A DNA stretch of 64,000 nt from Antedon mediterranea (taxonomy: Eukaryota > Animalia > Echinodermata). The translations under genes and the position numbers were made by a program. A model generated the notes under the pieces. It was not told the origin of the DNA and did not search any database. It saw only the letters and a list, made by a program, of their open reading frames with translations. Shown piece after piece: positions 14,501-28,300 of the stretch. Where the stretch lies: contig NC_092677.1 of NCBI RefSeq assembly GCF_964355755.1, positions 19,118,101 through 19,182,100 on the forward strand, read 5' to 3'. Within the stretch, counting starts at the first letter, position 1. Each line of letters begins with the position of its first letter.

Positions 14501-17500
14501 AAATTTGACAAACATAACTTAATGTAAATGAAACTTAAGAGCAATGAATTTTCTGTTGTTACTACATTTGCTTTTGAATTAATTTGTGCATATCATGTTG
14601 GTGGAAGTAGAGTAAGAGCTTAAAAACAACATGTTAGCTCAAGATTGCTACTAGCAATGTTATGGTACTGTGATTTCAACTTTATTATTTTAAACATTTT
14701 TTTTTGCTTTCCAGGATATTCCTAACCCAATTTGAAGATCCCTTGGTTAAAAGGGATCTATTGGAAAGAGAAAATGAAGTTGATGATACACACTTAAACG
14801 GTAGTGAAATTACTAGTACCAAATTAACACCAGAGGAAAACACAATTGAAACATTAAAGGAAAGTAAACAAGCAACCAAAGCAGAGATAGACCTGATTGA
14901 TGAAATTGAAAATAATATGTTAGGTTCGATGTCTATAAAGGAAAGTGATAATCATAGATCAGAAAATGAGAGGGATGCCGAAGGATATGACATAAACACT
15001 AATGATGAAGAAATAAAAAACATGGAAGATGGAATAAGGAAATTTGATATCATATCTAATCAGATGGTAAATATCGGACATTTGGAAGGATCTGAAGTTG
15101 AACTAACCAAAGACGAGGAAGATGGGATTTATGACAGTGGGGTATTTAGCAAACCAAAGAGTGAAGAGGAAATAAAAGAGGCATTGGCAAGAAGAGACAT
15201 ATTAATGAAAGAAAGGGGAGAGAGAGTAAAACAAAACAAAGAGGAAAAGCGACGCAAAGCCATCCCAAAAAAAGAAAAGGCAGCAGTAAGTAGTATATAA
15301 TTAATCAATGTTGGATGGCGAGAATATTTCATAAGTTGAAAAGCAACATTCATTATTTGTTTTATAACACACCTACTTTTATTCATTTTATCCATCGTAA
15401 ATCATTGGTGAATGCTAGGCCGGGAAACTAGGCCATCGAAAAGGCAGTGCTCCAACTTTTAGACACCAAGTTGAACAGGCGGCGCGCACAACAACTTAAC
15501 ACATCGCTAGCAAAAATTCTTAAATTTTTACAAAAAGACATGTATTATCACTATTAGATATCGCTTTTCTGGTAGGTAAAGATAATGCTGATGCATGATG
15601 CGTAATTAACCAATCAATTGCAAGAACACAATCAGGTGTGTTTGTTATAAAAAGGCATAATGCAGTGTCACTATGCATGCATTTTGTTGTGCACTGAACC
15701 ATGCAATCTCATACTTTTTTTGTATTTATTGGCTGACTTTCAGTGAAGTGTATCTAAAAAAATTGTGATTACAGATCACATTTGAAGAAAATAAGCTGAC
15801 TAATCCTACCGTTATAAAGTGATCCATTAGGATTTTCAAACAAGCTCATTTTACAACCAAATCACTAATAGTCAATGTTTTTTTAAAACAGATTTTGGCA
15901 GATGTGTACAATTTCATATCACCATGTCAACAAACAGTATTTGAGAAGAAATTTCAAGATATAGACATTAATTCAAATGGAGTTTTGACTTTAAATGAAC
16001 TTAAAAAATGGATGAAAATATATGTTCAAGAAGAAGATGTAAAGTTCATTATGCAAGTAAGTTGATAATCAGGGGGTGGGGGTTGGTCCATTGTGGTCAG
16101 GACCCAAGTTTTGAACTGCTATTGCAGGATATCAACATGACTGGAATTGTAACTACTACACATTTTAATGAATTTACTATTTTTACAGATATTTGATCTT
16201 AATAAAGATAAGACAATCGATGTTCGAGAGTTTGTGACGATAGCTGCTCTGAATGACAAGATCACAGGTCATGTGACAGAGTCACCTGATGAACCATTGA
16301 ATTTGAGCCTTAAAAAGCTTAGTCACCATATCACCACCTACAAGGTTAGTGGATGTTAAAAAGGAAACAATTCAGCAATATGCATCTTAAACAATTGAAT
16401 TTTTTACCTGCTTTAATTATAGCTTTATTCTAGTGTATTTTAAGAAGATTAGACATAAACAATGTTAATATCAATAATAATAAACATAAAAAAGTAACTA
16501 GAAGGGCACCCCGAGAGTGCATACCTCTGCCAATAGTATAATTCCCCTATATAAAATTTCTCTCGACATTTTTTAAAATGTTTGTATCTTAGTACTGAAT
16601 GTGATTGGGCTAATTTCACTACAACCTTGTGAATTTGGTGGTGTAATGGTTGTATATCCAGCCTTTCGCAGTTGAGATTCCAGATTTAACTCCTGCTTTA
16701 AAAAAATATATATATATTTGTTTTCAAAAATATTTTTTTATTTGTGCCTATTAGTATAATTCTCTTATAAAAAAATTGTCCTATATAAGATTTTCCCCGA
16801 ACATAATTTTGTGTGTGTAATTGATAGGCACACTGTCCACACCATTTTGTGTGTGTAATTGATAGGCACACTGTCCACACCATTTTGTGTGTGTAATTGA
16901 TAGGCACACTGTCCACACCATTTTATTGCAGAAATTATATCACATTCGAGAGCATTGAGTTAAAAAGAAACATTTTTAACCGACGTTTTGTTCCAAAAAT
17001 AATGCATTACATTTTACCTGGATGAATTGTTACAATGATTTAGCGAAACGCTAAGAACAGTCGAAATAGTATTAGGATCACGGTCTGAATACAAAATGGC
17101 ACATTCATCTGCGTATAGGAGCATTTTACATTTTGTTTCAAGTGATGACACAACATCATTTATGTACACCAGGAACAGCAAAGGTCCCAATATTCTCCCT
17201 TGGGGGACGCCATAGTTTCTGATTTACCTCCCTTTATTTCAACAAATTGTTTCCTATTAATCAAATATGAACTGAACCATTCAGTTGAATCGCATCCAAT
17301 TCTTCTGAGTTTATCACAAAGAATGAAGTGATCGACCGAATTTGCAAATGTCCAGCAAAACCATTCCTGTAAGGAACCTATTGGCCATTTTTGATTTCAC
17401 ATGATCCAATAAATGAGGCAGGTTTAATTAGAAAACCCTTCACTGAAACCAGACTGTGATCGGTATCGGTTATCACATCATTATCCTCCAGGTGCTTGGC

Positions 17501-18370
17501 TAGCTGGACATACCCAGCCTTCTTTAGTATCTTTTTTTTTTTCACCATATTTAATGTTGGTGATCCATCCAGCAATTGCTGATCATTAGGGACCCTCAGA
17601 GGTTCACGAGACAAACATAACACAAGATGCTCTACATAAACAAAGTCTTATTACAAGTCCTTGAAAAGGGAGTTGTAATTTTGTCCTGACATGTGACGGG
17701 ACTTGAACCCAGGACCCTTGGAGTGGTAGCCAAGCATCATAACCACCAAGCCACAACTCCACTCTAAAAGGTACAGCTTAATAGGCTAGAAGGATGGTAA
17801 TTATTTGTGTCAGTACGATCGAGTAATCCTGCAAACTATCAAATATAGAAACAAACACACACAATCGACTGCATAACCTCTCATCATTCTGGCAGAGGTA
17901 ATAATGGGACTATGCATTATTTATTATTTATCTAATTTTTATTATGGTAATATTGCACACTCAGCTTTTTGTAAAAATTGTGTTTGTTTTGTTTAAAATC
18001 ACTTTCCCTACAAACAAATTATTATTTTCCTGTTGACGGGTAACATTTTTTACATTAAATGTAATACAATTGATTAAATTTGCAGGAAATGTTTGATCTC
18101 ATGGATGTTAATGGTAATGGTCAGTTGTCAATGGACGAACTTATGGTGATTATTGTAGCTTCCACTGGTCTAGACATTGAAGTGGATCAGGACGTTGTTA
18201 GGTACATCTACAAAACCATTGACAAGGACAGTAGTGGCTCCATTGATTTCATAGAGTATCTCTCATACATTCCATTTTTCTTGAAATTGTATAAACATGT
18301 TTTTGGAAAACCAATCTCACTAGATGAAATCGAAGATGCTCTGCAAACTGTGAGGCAGTACAATTTGTAA
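5582..18370 (+). CDS. Uncharacterised EF-hand calcium-binding protein (~744 aa, four C-terminal EF-hands)
   Basis: Phase-consistent GT-AG exons: 5582-5752, 6166-6224, 6346-6592, 6703-6836, 7262-7319, 8040-8187, 9158-9294, 10563-10612, 10880-10933, 14715-15285, 15892-16056, 16189-16344, 18086-18370 (2235 nt). EF loops DINSNGVLTLNE, DLNKDKTIDVRE, DVNGNGQLSMDE, DKDSSGSIDFIE. An in-frame TAA lies just upstream of ATG 5582. The small middle exons are less certain than the EF-hand exons. Confidence 0.8.
8291..9128. mobile_element. Non-autonomous Tc1/mariner (Tc2/pogo-like) DNA transposon
   Basis: TIR ccgtatatttccgtgtataagtcgcac ... gtgcgacttatacaccgaaatatacgg, TA on both flanks, repeated subterminal motif gtgcgtcttataca. 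Confidence 0.9.
16806..16925. repeat. 38-bp tandem repeat, 3 copies
   Basis: (attttgtgtgtgtaattgataggcacactgtccacacc)x3, perfect copies. Confidence 0.95.
17000..17370 (-). mobile_element. CR1/L2-group LINE reverse transcriptase fragment
   Basis: Minus strand reads GVPQGRILGPLLFLVYINDV...LLYADEC, i.e. the RT GVPQGS.LGP motif and a degenerate YADD motif. Confidence 0.85.
17532..17760 (-). mobile_element. tRNA-derived SINE
   Basis: Minus-strand head tggcttggtgg (A box) ... ggttcaagtccc (B box) with a tRNA-like stem cttgg/ccaag, a unique body and an A11 tail. Confidence 0.7.
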
Positions 18371-20796
18371 AAGCTATGTTGCACTTAGTATTACACAACA
18401 CATGTGGTTCTAGAGCTGTAATTCCCTACTAAAGTTGAATAGATGTATTCATTGGTTTACTACTGAACCCGTGAATGGAGTACAACATAATATTAATACA
18501 CTACTTCTAGGCACTGTAAGCCTACACGCAACTAATGTCAAAAACATTGCACTCATTTGTGTATTTCATCAACCAGTCTACAGACTATGACCACCTTGAG
18601 CACTTTTGTGGATATGTGCGCATGCGCTGTATAAATCTTATTGTTATTATTACCGATTGTAAATGCAAATTACATAATGAAAACAAATCCTGTTGGACCA
18701 AAATAAACATTCAAGCGTAAAAAAAAAAGAAGATTTGAACCTAAACTAAGCCACAATATGATTTTCTCTCTAAGTAGAATGTGTGTTTCTAATGTGCTCC
18801 AAAAGGTCATTGAAGGTTCACATAGAATGACCGGCTTGATGATCATACCATGGACCTTAAATTCTAATTTATAGGTCCATGATCATACAAAAATATAATT
18901 TCACCAAGCTTTAAATACAGTATAAAGTCCGGTTTTAGTCACTAGACAAAAATATGTGTGAAATTTGAAAAAATAATTATGTAAAATAAATGCATGCCCC
19001 TTATAATTAAAAAAGTTGATTTGACATCTCAGCAAATTTAACTTTGTATTTTGTTAATATTAGTTTAGGTAGATTGATGTAACTGTTTGTACTTTAATTT
19101 TTTTCCAGGTTGGTTGAATTTTATCTTTATATATCTTAAATTGTGTTTCAAGTAAAATTTCTAAAATTGTTTAAAAATGCATATAGCTGAAAGTGAATAA
19201 TAAAAAAAGGATTGAAACAATTTGACACTTTCACTTTGTGTGATGGACAAAAAAAAACGTTAATTGCCTGTTTACATGCAAACAAACGATCAAAATAATA
19301 TCATTCAAGGTTACAGAAAGTTCAAGATTACTTATTCATTATACAAAACAAAAGTGCATTGTTTTAGGTATTGACGCGGTGGTAATCCCTTAAGAACAGA
19401 AAGTATTAACTGCTGTACAAATGGAGCAATTGTTGTAAACAGTAGTTGACAGTGAGCACAGGAAACAATACCAAGTAGTAGTGATTCCTGTTCTGTAGCG
19501 ACCCATCCCGGCTGTGGTATACCTACACAACCACTATTATTCATTCAGTCTAAACATGACTAAAAACTAAAGCTTCATTGATTCATATTTGCAATAGCCA
19601 CGTATGATCACAGATGTGTAAATAGTTGATATTGTTTGCCCAATAGCGTATAATTCACGTTTCTAATCAGCCTATAAAAACAATAATCCATATTATAACT
19701 ATACCACGAATAATTATTCACAGTAGCCTATTAGGTGTTGTTGAATGAATTTGACTTTTTTTCAACTGAAAATGACGGCCTAGAAAGATTTTTTTTTCTG
19801 ATGATGAAATAATTATGTAAAAAAACAGTACTGAATTTTAATAATGCCGTTTTTTGATTGATTGTTTTTTAACAAAATTCGATGAGAAAGGTATTGAATT
19901 CAAGAAATGTAGCATTCTTTCAAGCCAAACATTCAGGACCGATACCATTTCTTCAGCATTCATTACACTGATGATAGTTCTTCGCCACTGACGTTATCGA
20001 AACACATACACGGCCAAAATTAGGATTGCCTTTATTGTCAAATCTGTTGACTATTTGTAGTCGGATATGATCATAAATGAAAATCATCATTATCGCAATC
20101 TGTCACCAATGTTATATGCTGTCATTTCGAAGATTATTTAATTTTTTTTTTAAACCAACAAATAGATAATTTGTGCAATAAGACACTACATTAGGTATCA
20201 AAGATTGAATATAGATAGGCTAAAATGATGGTATTATAACAAATGGCCTATTGCAGACTATGCCTATACACTGCCTTGGTCCTGACAGACCCCGCTAAAG
20301 TTCGCCTAGCTTAGATATAGTATTGCAGATATATCGGCAACCAAACGTTATTGTAAGGAATATATTAGGCATTTAAGACGTACAGTTTTAAAGATATATT
20401 GTCCCTCTACAAATGTTTAGTTTTTTTAATATGCCATTTTAAACATAATAGCTATTTACTCTGGCCAAAAACTAAAAAAAAAATGTAATTTAAAGCAAAA
20501 ATACTTAAATTGTCTGGCAGACAATGGTTAAAATTAAACGTTTCTTTTCTCTTTTTTTAAAATTAATTATCCAGTTGGTGCTAGCTACTTTAGAATCTGG
20601 TCAATTGAAATACATTCAAATTTAAACTAAATTTCTGGCTTTTTAATCTAAATCCGGCCTGATTTAAAAGTGCAAAGCTTCTTGGTATCGTCCTTAGCTG
20701 CAACCTAAAAAAGAAGAATAATGCGAATTCCTCTGTTTACTAAGGCGGCCAATGGTAAACTTTTATGTTGCACTTAGTTTTCCTGAGGATCTTATA

Positions 20797-21370
20797 CATA
20801 TCATCCACTAATTTAACAATCAACCACTAACGTAACAATCAACCACTAACGTAACAATCAACCACTAACGTAACAATCAACCACTAACGTAACAATCAAC
20901 CACTAACGTAACAATCAACCACTAACGTAACAATCAACCAACCACTAACGTAACAATCAACCACTAACGTAACAATCAACCACTAATGTAACAATCAACC
21001 ACTAATGTAACAATTTCATTAACCACTAACGTAACCAAATTTAACCACTAACGTAAAAACAGCAGAGAATGTTGAGATATGAGTGGATTTTTTTGTGGAA
21101 AAAATCTTGTAAGTTAGAAATCTTAGACTTTTTTGAAGTTCAGTTTTAATCCTATGTCTTTTTTGTGCAAATGCATCTCTTTACTTATAGCTATCAGTCT
21201 CCACCTTTTTCGTAAAGCGATCGACTTTCAAAAACGGCCATCTCGTACCGTAAGTGACCACCATCTCTTAAGAGATCGTGTATTATAATCGACCACCTAT
21301 CGTAAGTGACCACCTCCTCTTGTTAGGGACCGCTTCTCATAATCGAAAACTTCTCTTAACAACCCATGCC
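20797..21370 (+). mobile_element. Left-hand fragment of the TIR element family seen at 26557-27806; 19-bp tandem array
   Basis: (aaccactaacgtaacaatc)n at 20805-21055, then the same unique sequence as 26845-27180 (atgttgagatatg..cttgtaagtt..aaatcttagactttttga..tatcagtctccacctt..cgtaagtgaccacc). Confidence 0.85.
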
Positions 21371-22365
21371 TCTCGTATTAGTTAGCCGTTATATGATTTT
21401 TTTGTTGTAAAAAGCTGCCCTTGATAAGTTCGTGTTAGAAACTCGATTTATTAAGCCTATCTATCGGCCCACAGGGATGCACTGATAAGGCTTTCACTTA
21501 TTTATATGACCCATTTACTTGAAGCTAAAAATGCTCTCCTTCGTCATCCTTGTCGCTCTGGTTGATTTTCCAACACGCTCTTGCCTTTTTTGGTGCAATT
21601 TTTCGTAATTTTAATTTTGTTATCAGGCTGCATTAATATTGTGTATTCGTGTTAGTTTGATGATGCAAATAACACATACATAACATATACTGAGGAGATT
21701 ATCACTCATTAACATTCAAAGTAACATTTATTTCCTTCGTTCATAAACAAACATAAATAAATATAATTTCTTACAATATACAATGAAGAAGGCACATTTC
21801 ATGAAGCAGAGCTTGTGTTGAAAGTGCCAACAGAAAATAAAATACACAATAAAAAAAAAATATTTTAGAACGTGAATAAAAGTAAAAATAACAAAACAAA
21901 CAATTATCATTGTCATAGCTCCTTAAAGAGCACCGAGCCACTCAAATTTTCAAATAGTTGGTACCGTAGTTGCCTGTTCAATATTTCTGGCAGCAGGGGT
22001 ACATTATAACATACATCCTTGCTGTAGGCCCACATATCCTTGCTGTAGCCTACTTCGAATTTATTGTGTATTTGAGTCAGAATTTATAATAATATAGGCC
22101 TAATTTTAAGATAATATTTAGCGGTTGAGAGATGTAAATCAAACAATAAAGACTTAAGTACAGAGATGTTTCATAGGAAGCGGATAATCGATAGGGCCTA
22201 TTACACGATCTGCAGCACACCGCCGCATGCGGATGTGATGAAAATAAAGTTAATCTCGTACAAGGAAGTAAAAGAACAAATGATTATCGGGTGCCTTCAT
22301 ACGTACATTACCAGTCGGCAGACAGGGATATAGGTATACTACTGAAGTAGTGTACTCTTTTGAAA

Positions 22366-25300
22366 ATGGCATTCTCAGAGAGGATCGGCATACAATGCAC
22401 ATTTATTTTACTGATTTTAATATTTTCTACAAGTTTAAGCTATGAATTTAGACACAATCATCAAGGCGACTCTGAGCTCTTACTGCGAAAATCGAGACAA
22501 GAACATTCTGAGACTAATGAATCAAGACATGACGAGAAAGAGGAGGAAGGAGAACATGAACAGACTAAAGTACACATTATTTCGTTTGAATGGGAACGTG
22601 TTGAGTTGTTATATGTTGTATGTTTATGGATAATCATTGCCAGTCTCGCAAAAATGGGTAAGACTATTTTAACTCTTGTTTACTTCCTTGTTTTTAAACT
22701 TTCACTCAAGTGGAAATCCAGCATTGTCAAACGGGTCAATGTGAAGTGCCTACTAATTTCCATTAGAAATTGTAAAATCTCATCTATAAAACATTGTTTT
22801 CTTTGAGTCTGTTACGATTATCTCGTGCATGTCTAATTGTCAATGTTATATTTGGCCTACATGGTTCATATTGTACATTGCATAGGCTACATGCTATCTA
22901 TACTGTACCACCAGTAACTTTTTTAGAATTTGTGAAATCCAATAGTGCACCTGAGGCTTTTTAAGCCCACTGACATATAAGTTACGGGTGAAGAGAACTA
23001 TAGTCCCAATAGAACTAATATTCACAGTATAATAAGTGTTTTAGCAAAGTCATTTATCGGTGGTGCACTTCAATAGGCTCAGTTTGTATCAGTGTAGGCC
23101 TATAGAATTGAATTGTTGCATGTTTTTTTTGTTTTTGGTAAAAAACTCAAAGTAATGTTTTAAGCATTGCTAATATTGGGAAATTATTGAAATAATATAA
23201 AGGCCTACAGTTTCAGAAGTAGGTTAACTCCCTAAAAAAGAACACACGACCGCGCATAAAGATATCAGCTTAATGATGGCTCAATGGGTAGTACCTGTAG
23301 GCAGTCTCGCAATTAAGAACTTTTGCCAAATAAATGTTGTTATTATTATTTTAGCTAAAGGGTGGGAAGGGTCAACGAACGGATTATCGTTCTGTGGGAT
23401 GGCTCGATGAACTTTCAGTTCAATTTTGCCTTCCTCTTATTAGTATGCTGTTTGTACATACGGTGTTTATTTTGGCGAAGTCATCTCAATAAACCCATTC
23501 AACTTCAATCTGTTTGTTCGTTATAGATTTTCAAAAATGATACTATAAATATCTTTGTTCAAGCGTGAAATCGACCAACAATGAGACGGCAAATAGATGT
23601 ACTTCCTATACATAAAGTATAGGCCATTTAATGGAAAGTAGGCCTATTTACTTACATGAATTGAATTTTTTGAAGAAGGAAGTAATCAACGTATTTAATT
23701 GACAACAAATGAATAGTCTAACTGATTCGATCAACAACAAAGATAAATGAGACAATGGCATTATTTTAAAAACACTTGTAGGGGCGGATTGAAAAAGGGG
23801 GTGGGGTGGGGGTTGGTGCAACTATAGAGAGTCCACACCAATTCAGGCCCACTATGGTTGGGGCTAAGTTGAGACGATTTGAAAATATAACACCTCTAGA
23901 TGGTCGGAAATGACACTCGCGTTATTATGTATTAACAATTGAGATTTTAAATAGGAAAACTGAGGTAGGCCTACTAGTCTATTAAACGTTGACATTTTCC
24001 GTTATATTTTGAGCAGGGTATTATCCAGCCTTTTAGTAAAGGAGAGGTAGAGGGGAGGGGGCGGAGGGCAACCAGTCGATTTGGCAGCTCGTTGGTTGGT
24101 CATTCGGTCGTCGGTCTTTCAATGTTTTTGGCCACAACAACTCTGAACATTTTAAAACTATAGATACTAATATTTGTTACTCGGTTAATTAGTGCGTTTG
24201 TGTTCTGGCATATCGTGCATAATGTACTTTGTAAAGTTGTTAAACATGTACAATTATAGACCTTCCTTTTTAATACACGCGCGCATGTAATCTGGGGCAA
24301 TAAGAATTTCTAATATTTTATCCTTAAAAAATATCATTTAAAGAGCACTCATCCACTCTCAGGTGTAACATCGAATTTATTGTGTATTTTATCTGGCTGT
24401 ATTTAAACCACAGAGATCGCAGAGATTTAAATCACACATTACACAATATAATAGTGTAAGTAGACATGCATCGCCGACTGTAACTAGCCTACTTGAAGAA
24501 AAAAGAATATGACTACACTGACTTTGACTGCAGAGAACATTTTCAATAATGTATTAGCATGACAATACATTCGAATTATCAGCCATGGAGGCATAAGCAC
24601 CACATTACATACAATATGTAATACAATTTTACTTTATTCTTTTTAGGCTTTCATTATACAAAACTACCAAATGTCATCCCGGAAAGTTGTCTGCTGATTC
24701 TTGTAGGCTTCTTCATCGGTGGTATACTTCATTTGAGTGATAGCAGCTTTGCAAATCTTGCGCGACTTGATAGTGATTTCTTTTTTCTCGTCCTTCTACC
24801 ACCAATCATGCTGGAGGCGGGATACTTCATGCCGGCGCGATCGTTCTTTGATAATTTAGGAACTATCCTCCTTTATGCTGTCGTTGGGACGCTGTTTAAC
24901 GCTATGATGGTGGGATTTTCTTTATTTGGTATTGCACAATCTGGTATTGTCAGTCAGAACATTATTCTTCTTGAGTGTTTAGTGTTTGGTAGCTTAATAT
25001 CGGCTGTTGATCCTGTAGCAGTTTTAGTTGTTTTTGAGGAAGTACATGTCAATGAAGTATTGCATATCCTTGTGTTCGGTGAATCGCTTCTTAATGATGC
25101 TGTGACTGTGGTAAGTTTAGCTACATTCACAATTGTTCCGTTTTACGGAACGGAAGACGGCGCGTTACATTCTGAATACAATTTCTATGTTTATTAACGA
25201 ACGACGCCGGTTTCCATTACGTGTGGCACGGAACAATGTGAATGTACAGCTTTGCGATAATCAAGTAAACAATAATAAAAACAATAATGTCTGATTTAAT

Positions 25301-28300
25301 TATCATTTAATAATAATAATAATAACAGGATTTTTATAGCGCACATACCACTCAAGAGTGCTCAAGGCGCATTAAAAAACAAAAAAACAAATCATACAAA
25401 TGCCTGACAAATAAAATGCAATTTCTTTAGAGGGTCCCCATCCGTTCTCGTTCTGTCACGGTCCCGGACCCCTACCTAGGTGACCAAACAAAGGAGCAGG
25501 ATTTTGTAAAAATTATTTTACCATTCCTTTTTTTTTACTGAAACAATATATAATGATAATGGTAGTTCAAGTTACACAACCTCTTTAGAAAGAGATGTTT
25601 GGTAGCAATCATACATGTTTCTACTTATAACAATCTATTTTCAGGTACTTTATCACACGTTTGTTGATTTTGTGGAGATATTCAGAGAGACTGGTGGTAT
25701 TCCAGGGTCTGACATTGCCAGTGGCTTCGCTAGCTTCTTCGTCGTCAGCATCGGTGGTACCTTGGTAGGCTTGATCTGGGGTGTCATGTCTGCTTTCATC
25801 ACCCGTTTTACCCACAAAGTCCGCGTCATTGAGCCGGCTATTGTATTTATTATGAGTTACATGGCTTACCTTACTGCTGAAATATTCCATTTATCTGGAA
25901 TACTTGCGTAAGTTTATATAAATCAAACAAATAAAATAAATTTTTTCATATTATTTATGTGCACTGGTGGGCGATTAAAACAGATTAAGCCTCTCTAATA
26001 GTGTGAAGCTGAATTGATGATTGATTCAAAGAATCTTCATGATTGAAAAGATGAAAGTTAATAATGAAAGTTTGTTTTATTCTTCAGTATCGTTTTTTGC
26101 GCCATGTTCATGAAGCCTTACGTTGAAGAAAACATCTCACAGAAATCTCATACTACTATTAAGTATTTTATGAAGATGTTGAGCAGTATCAGTGAAACCA
26201 TTATCTTTATATTCCTTGGCATCACAACGTTAGTAGATTCTGGACAACATAAATGGGATACAGCATTTGTTATGTTCACTTTAATTTTCTGTTTAGTATA
26301 TCGATTTATTGGTAAGTCGAACTGTTTTAATTCTTTATTCAGTTCTATACAAATATTTCTGCGTGGATAAACAAAGTCCAGAATATAAAAAAACCTAGAT
26401 CAGTAACGTTTACATTTTATACTATTTCCTCTTTGGATTTCGTTTATTTTATACACACATTGGTAGGCTTAATTAAGAAAAACAAAACAAAAACAAATCT
26501 TGGCGACAGTAGGCTATGCTGAAATTTACGTGGTAAATCTAATGATTTTTTGAGTAGGCCCTGTAACAATCAACCACTAATGTAAACAATCAACCACTAA
26601 TGTAACAATCAACCACCACTAAATTAACAAAATTCAACCACTAATGTAACAATTTCATTAACCACTAATATAACGTAACAACAGTTTAACCACTAACGTA
26701 ACAAACTTCATTAACCACTAACGTAACAAACTTCATTAACCACCAACGTAACAAACTTCATTAACCACTAACGTAACAAACTTCATTAACCACTAACGTA
26801 ACAAACTTCATTAACCACTAACGTAACAACATTTAACAACTAACTTAAAAACAGTAGAACATGTTGAGATATGTTTGAACTTGTAAGTTGGAAATCTTAG
26901 ACTTTTTTGAAGTTCGGTTTTAATCCTGTGTATTTTTTACAAACCTATGTTTGTAAATGTGTGGAAATGCATTTCTTTACTTATAGCTACAGTATCAGTC
27001 TCCACCTTTCGTAAAGACTTCAAAGGCAGCCATCTCGTAAGTGATCACCTCCCTACGACCATACATCGTAAGCAACCACCCTCATTAGCAACCACCTCTC
27101 TAAAGGGACCACCACCTCTCTTAAGGGACCGCTTTTCGACATAATCGACCAGCTCTCGTAAGTGATCGGACATAATACCTCTTGTGAGGAACCACCTTTT
27201 TTAAAGGACCACCACCTGTTGTAAGGAACCGCTACACATAATTGACCACTTCTGGTAAGCGGCCATCTCTCTTAAATGACCACTATGGTCCCTTACGTGA
27301 GGTGTTGATCCTTTAGAAGAGGTGATTTCTTCCGAGAGACAGTCGACTATGATAAACTTTCCCTTTTGAGAGGATATGGTCGCTTACGAGAAGGGGTCCT
27401 CGAAAAGAAGCGGTCCCAAACGAGAGGTGATGGTCGTTTAAGAGGGGTGGTCACTTATGAGAAGCTGTCCCTTAAGACAGACATAAAACATTGAAGGATA
27501 AACAAACAAACGTTTAATTTAGTTAAATGTAACATCCAATTAAAGAGAGTTGACAAACAAACAATTCCTAGATTTCCAACTTTCAAAAAAAATATGACAA
27601 GGAATTTTTAAAGTTTAAGATTTCCTAATATTTGCTCCTGTTGTTACGTTACTGGTTAATGAAGTTTGTTACGTTAGTGGTTAAACTGTTGTTACGTTAT
27701 ATTAGTGGTTAATGATATTGTTACATTATAGTGGTTGATTTTTGTTACGTTAGTGGTTAATGTTACATTAGTGGTTGATTGTTACGTTAGTGGGTGATAC
27801 AGGCCCTATATTGCTTTGTTCCGTATTCCATATGTTTCTTGTTATAGGTGTCATTTGGCAAACGTTCCTCGCAAATAAGTTCCGCTTGGCCCAAGTTACT
27901 CACAAGGACCAGTTCATCATGTGTTATGGTGGTATCAGAGGTGCTATCGCATTTGCCCTTGTTGCTCTGCTAGAAGAGTTTGTAGAAAGTAGAAGAATTC
28001 TCTTCACGACAACCATAGTTGTTGTCATGTTTACAGTTTTTATTCAGGTATATGACGTGCGTCTTACATATAGGAAATACAGAGAGAGGTGGGGGGAGGG
28101 GATACAGTCAGAAAATAAAAACATCTAATTGTAACGCTACACCACGAGCAGATGACCCTAAACCTGCTCAATAAGTTTCCAACAGACACATGTAATTAAA
28201 TTGTTATGGACGGGGACATTGTGTTATCACAAGAATCAACAACAAAATGCATAATAATTATTGTTATAGAATCTATTTAAAAATCAAATTTGCAATTGTA

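Larger units (their letters stand above)
16496..17902 (-). mobile_element. Helentron-type non-autonomous element (HINE) with nested cargo
   Basis: Left end aactag + hairpin gcac..gtgc + subTIR tacctctgcca (16522); right end cataacctc..tggcagaggta (17890-17900), the inverted subTIR. Confidence 0.7.

Noticed and set aside
16633-16696. tRNA gene
   Set aside because: A box is present but the B box and acceptor stem are degenerate; treated as a SINE-head relic. The head at 17690-17760 has an 8-nt anticodon loop and a SINE body.
19965-20005. Second hammerhead (ctgatga...cgaaac); similar partial at 13306
   Set aside because: No proper stem I or II closure at 19965; the 13306 site lacks GAAA.
20805-21055. 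CRISPR-like or telomere-like array
   Set aside because: Units are contiguous with no unique spacers, no cas genes are present, the unit is not a canonical telomere repeat, and it is part of a TIR element.
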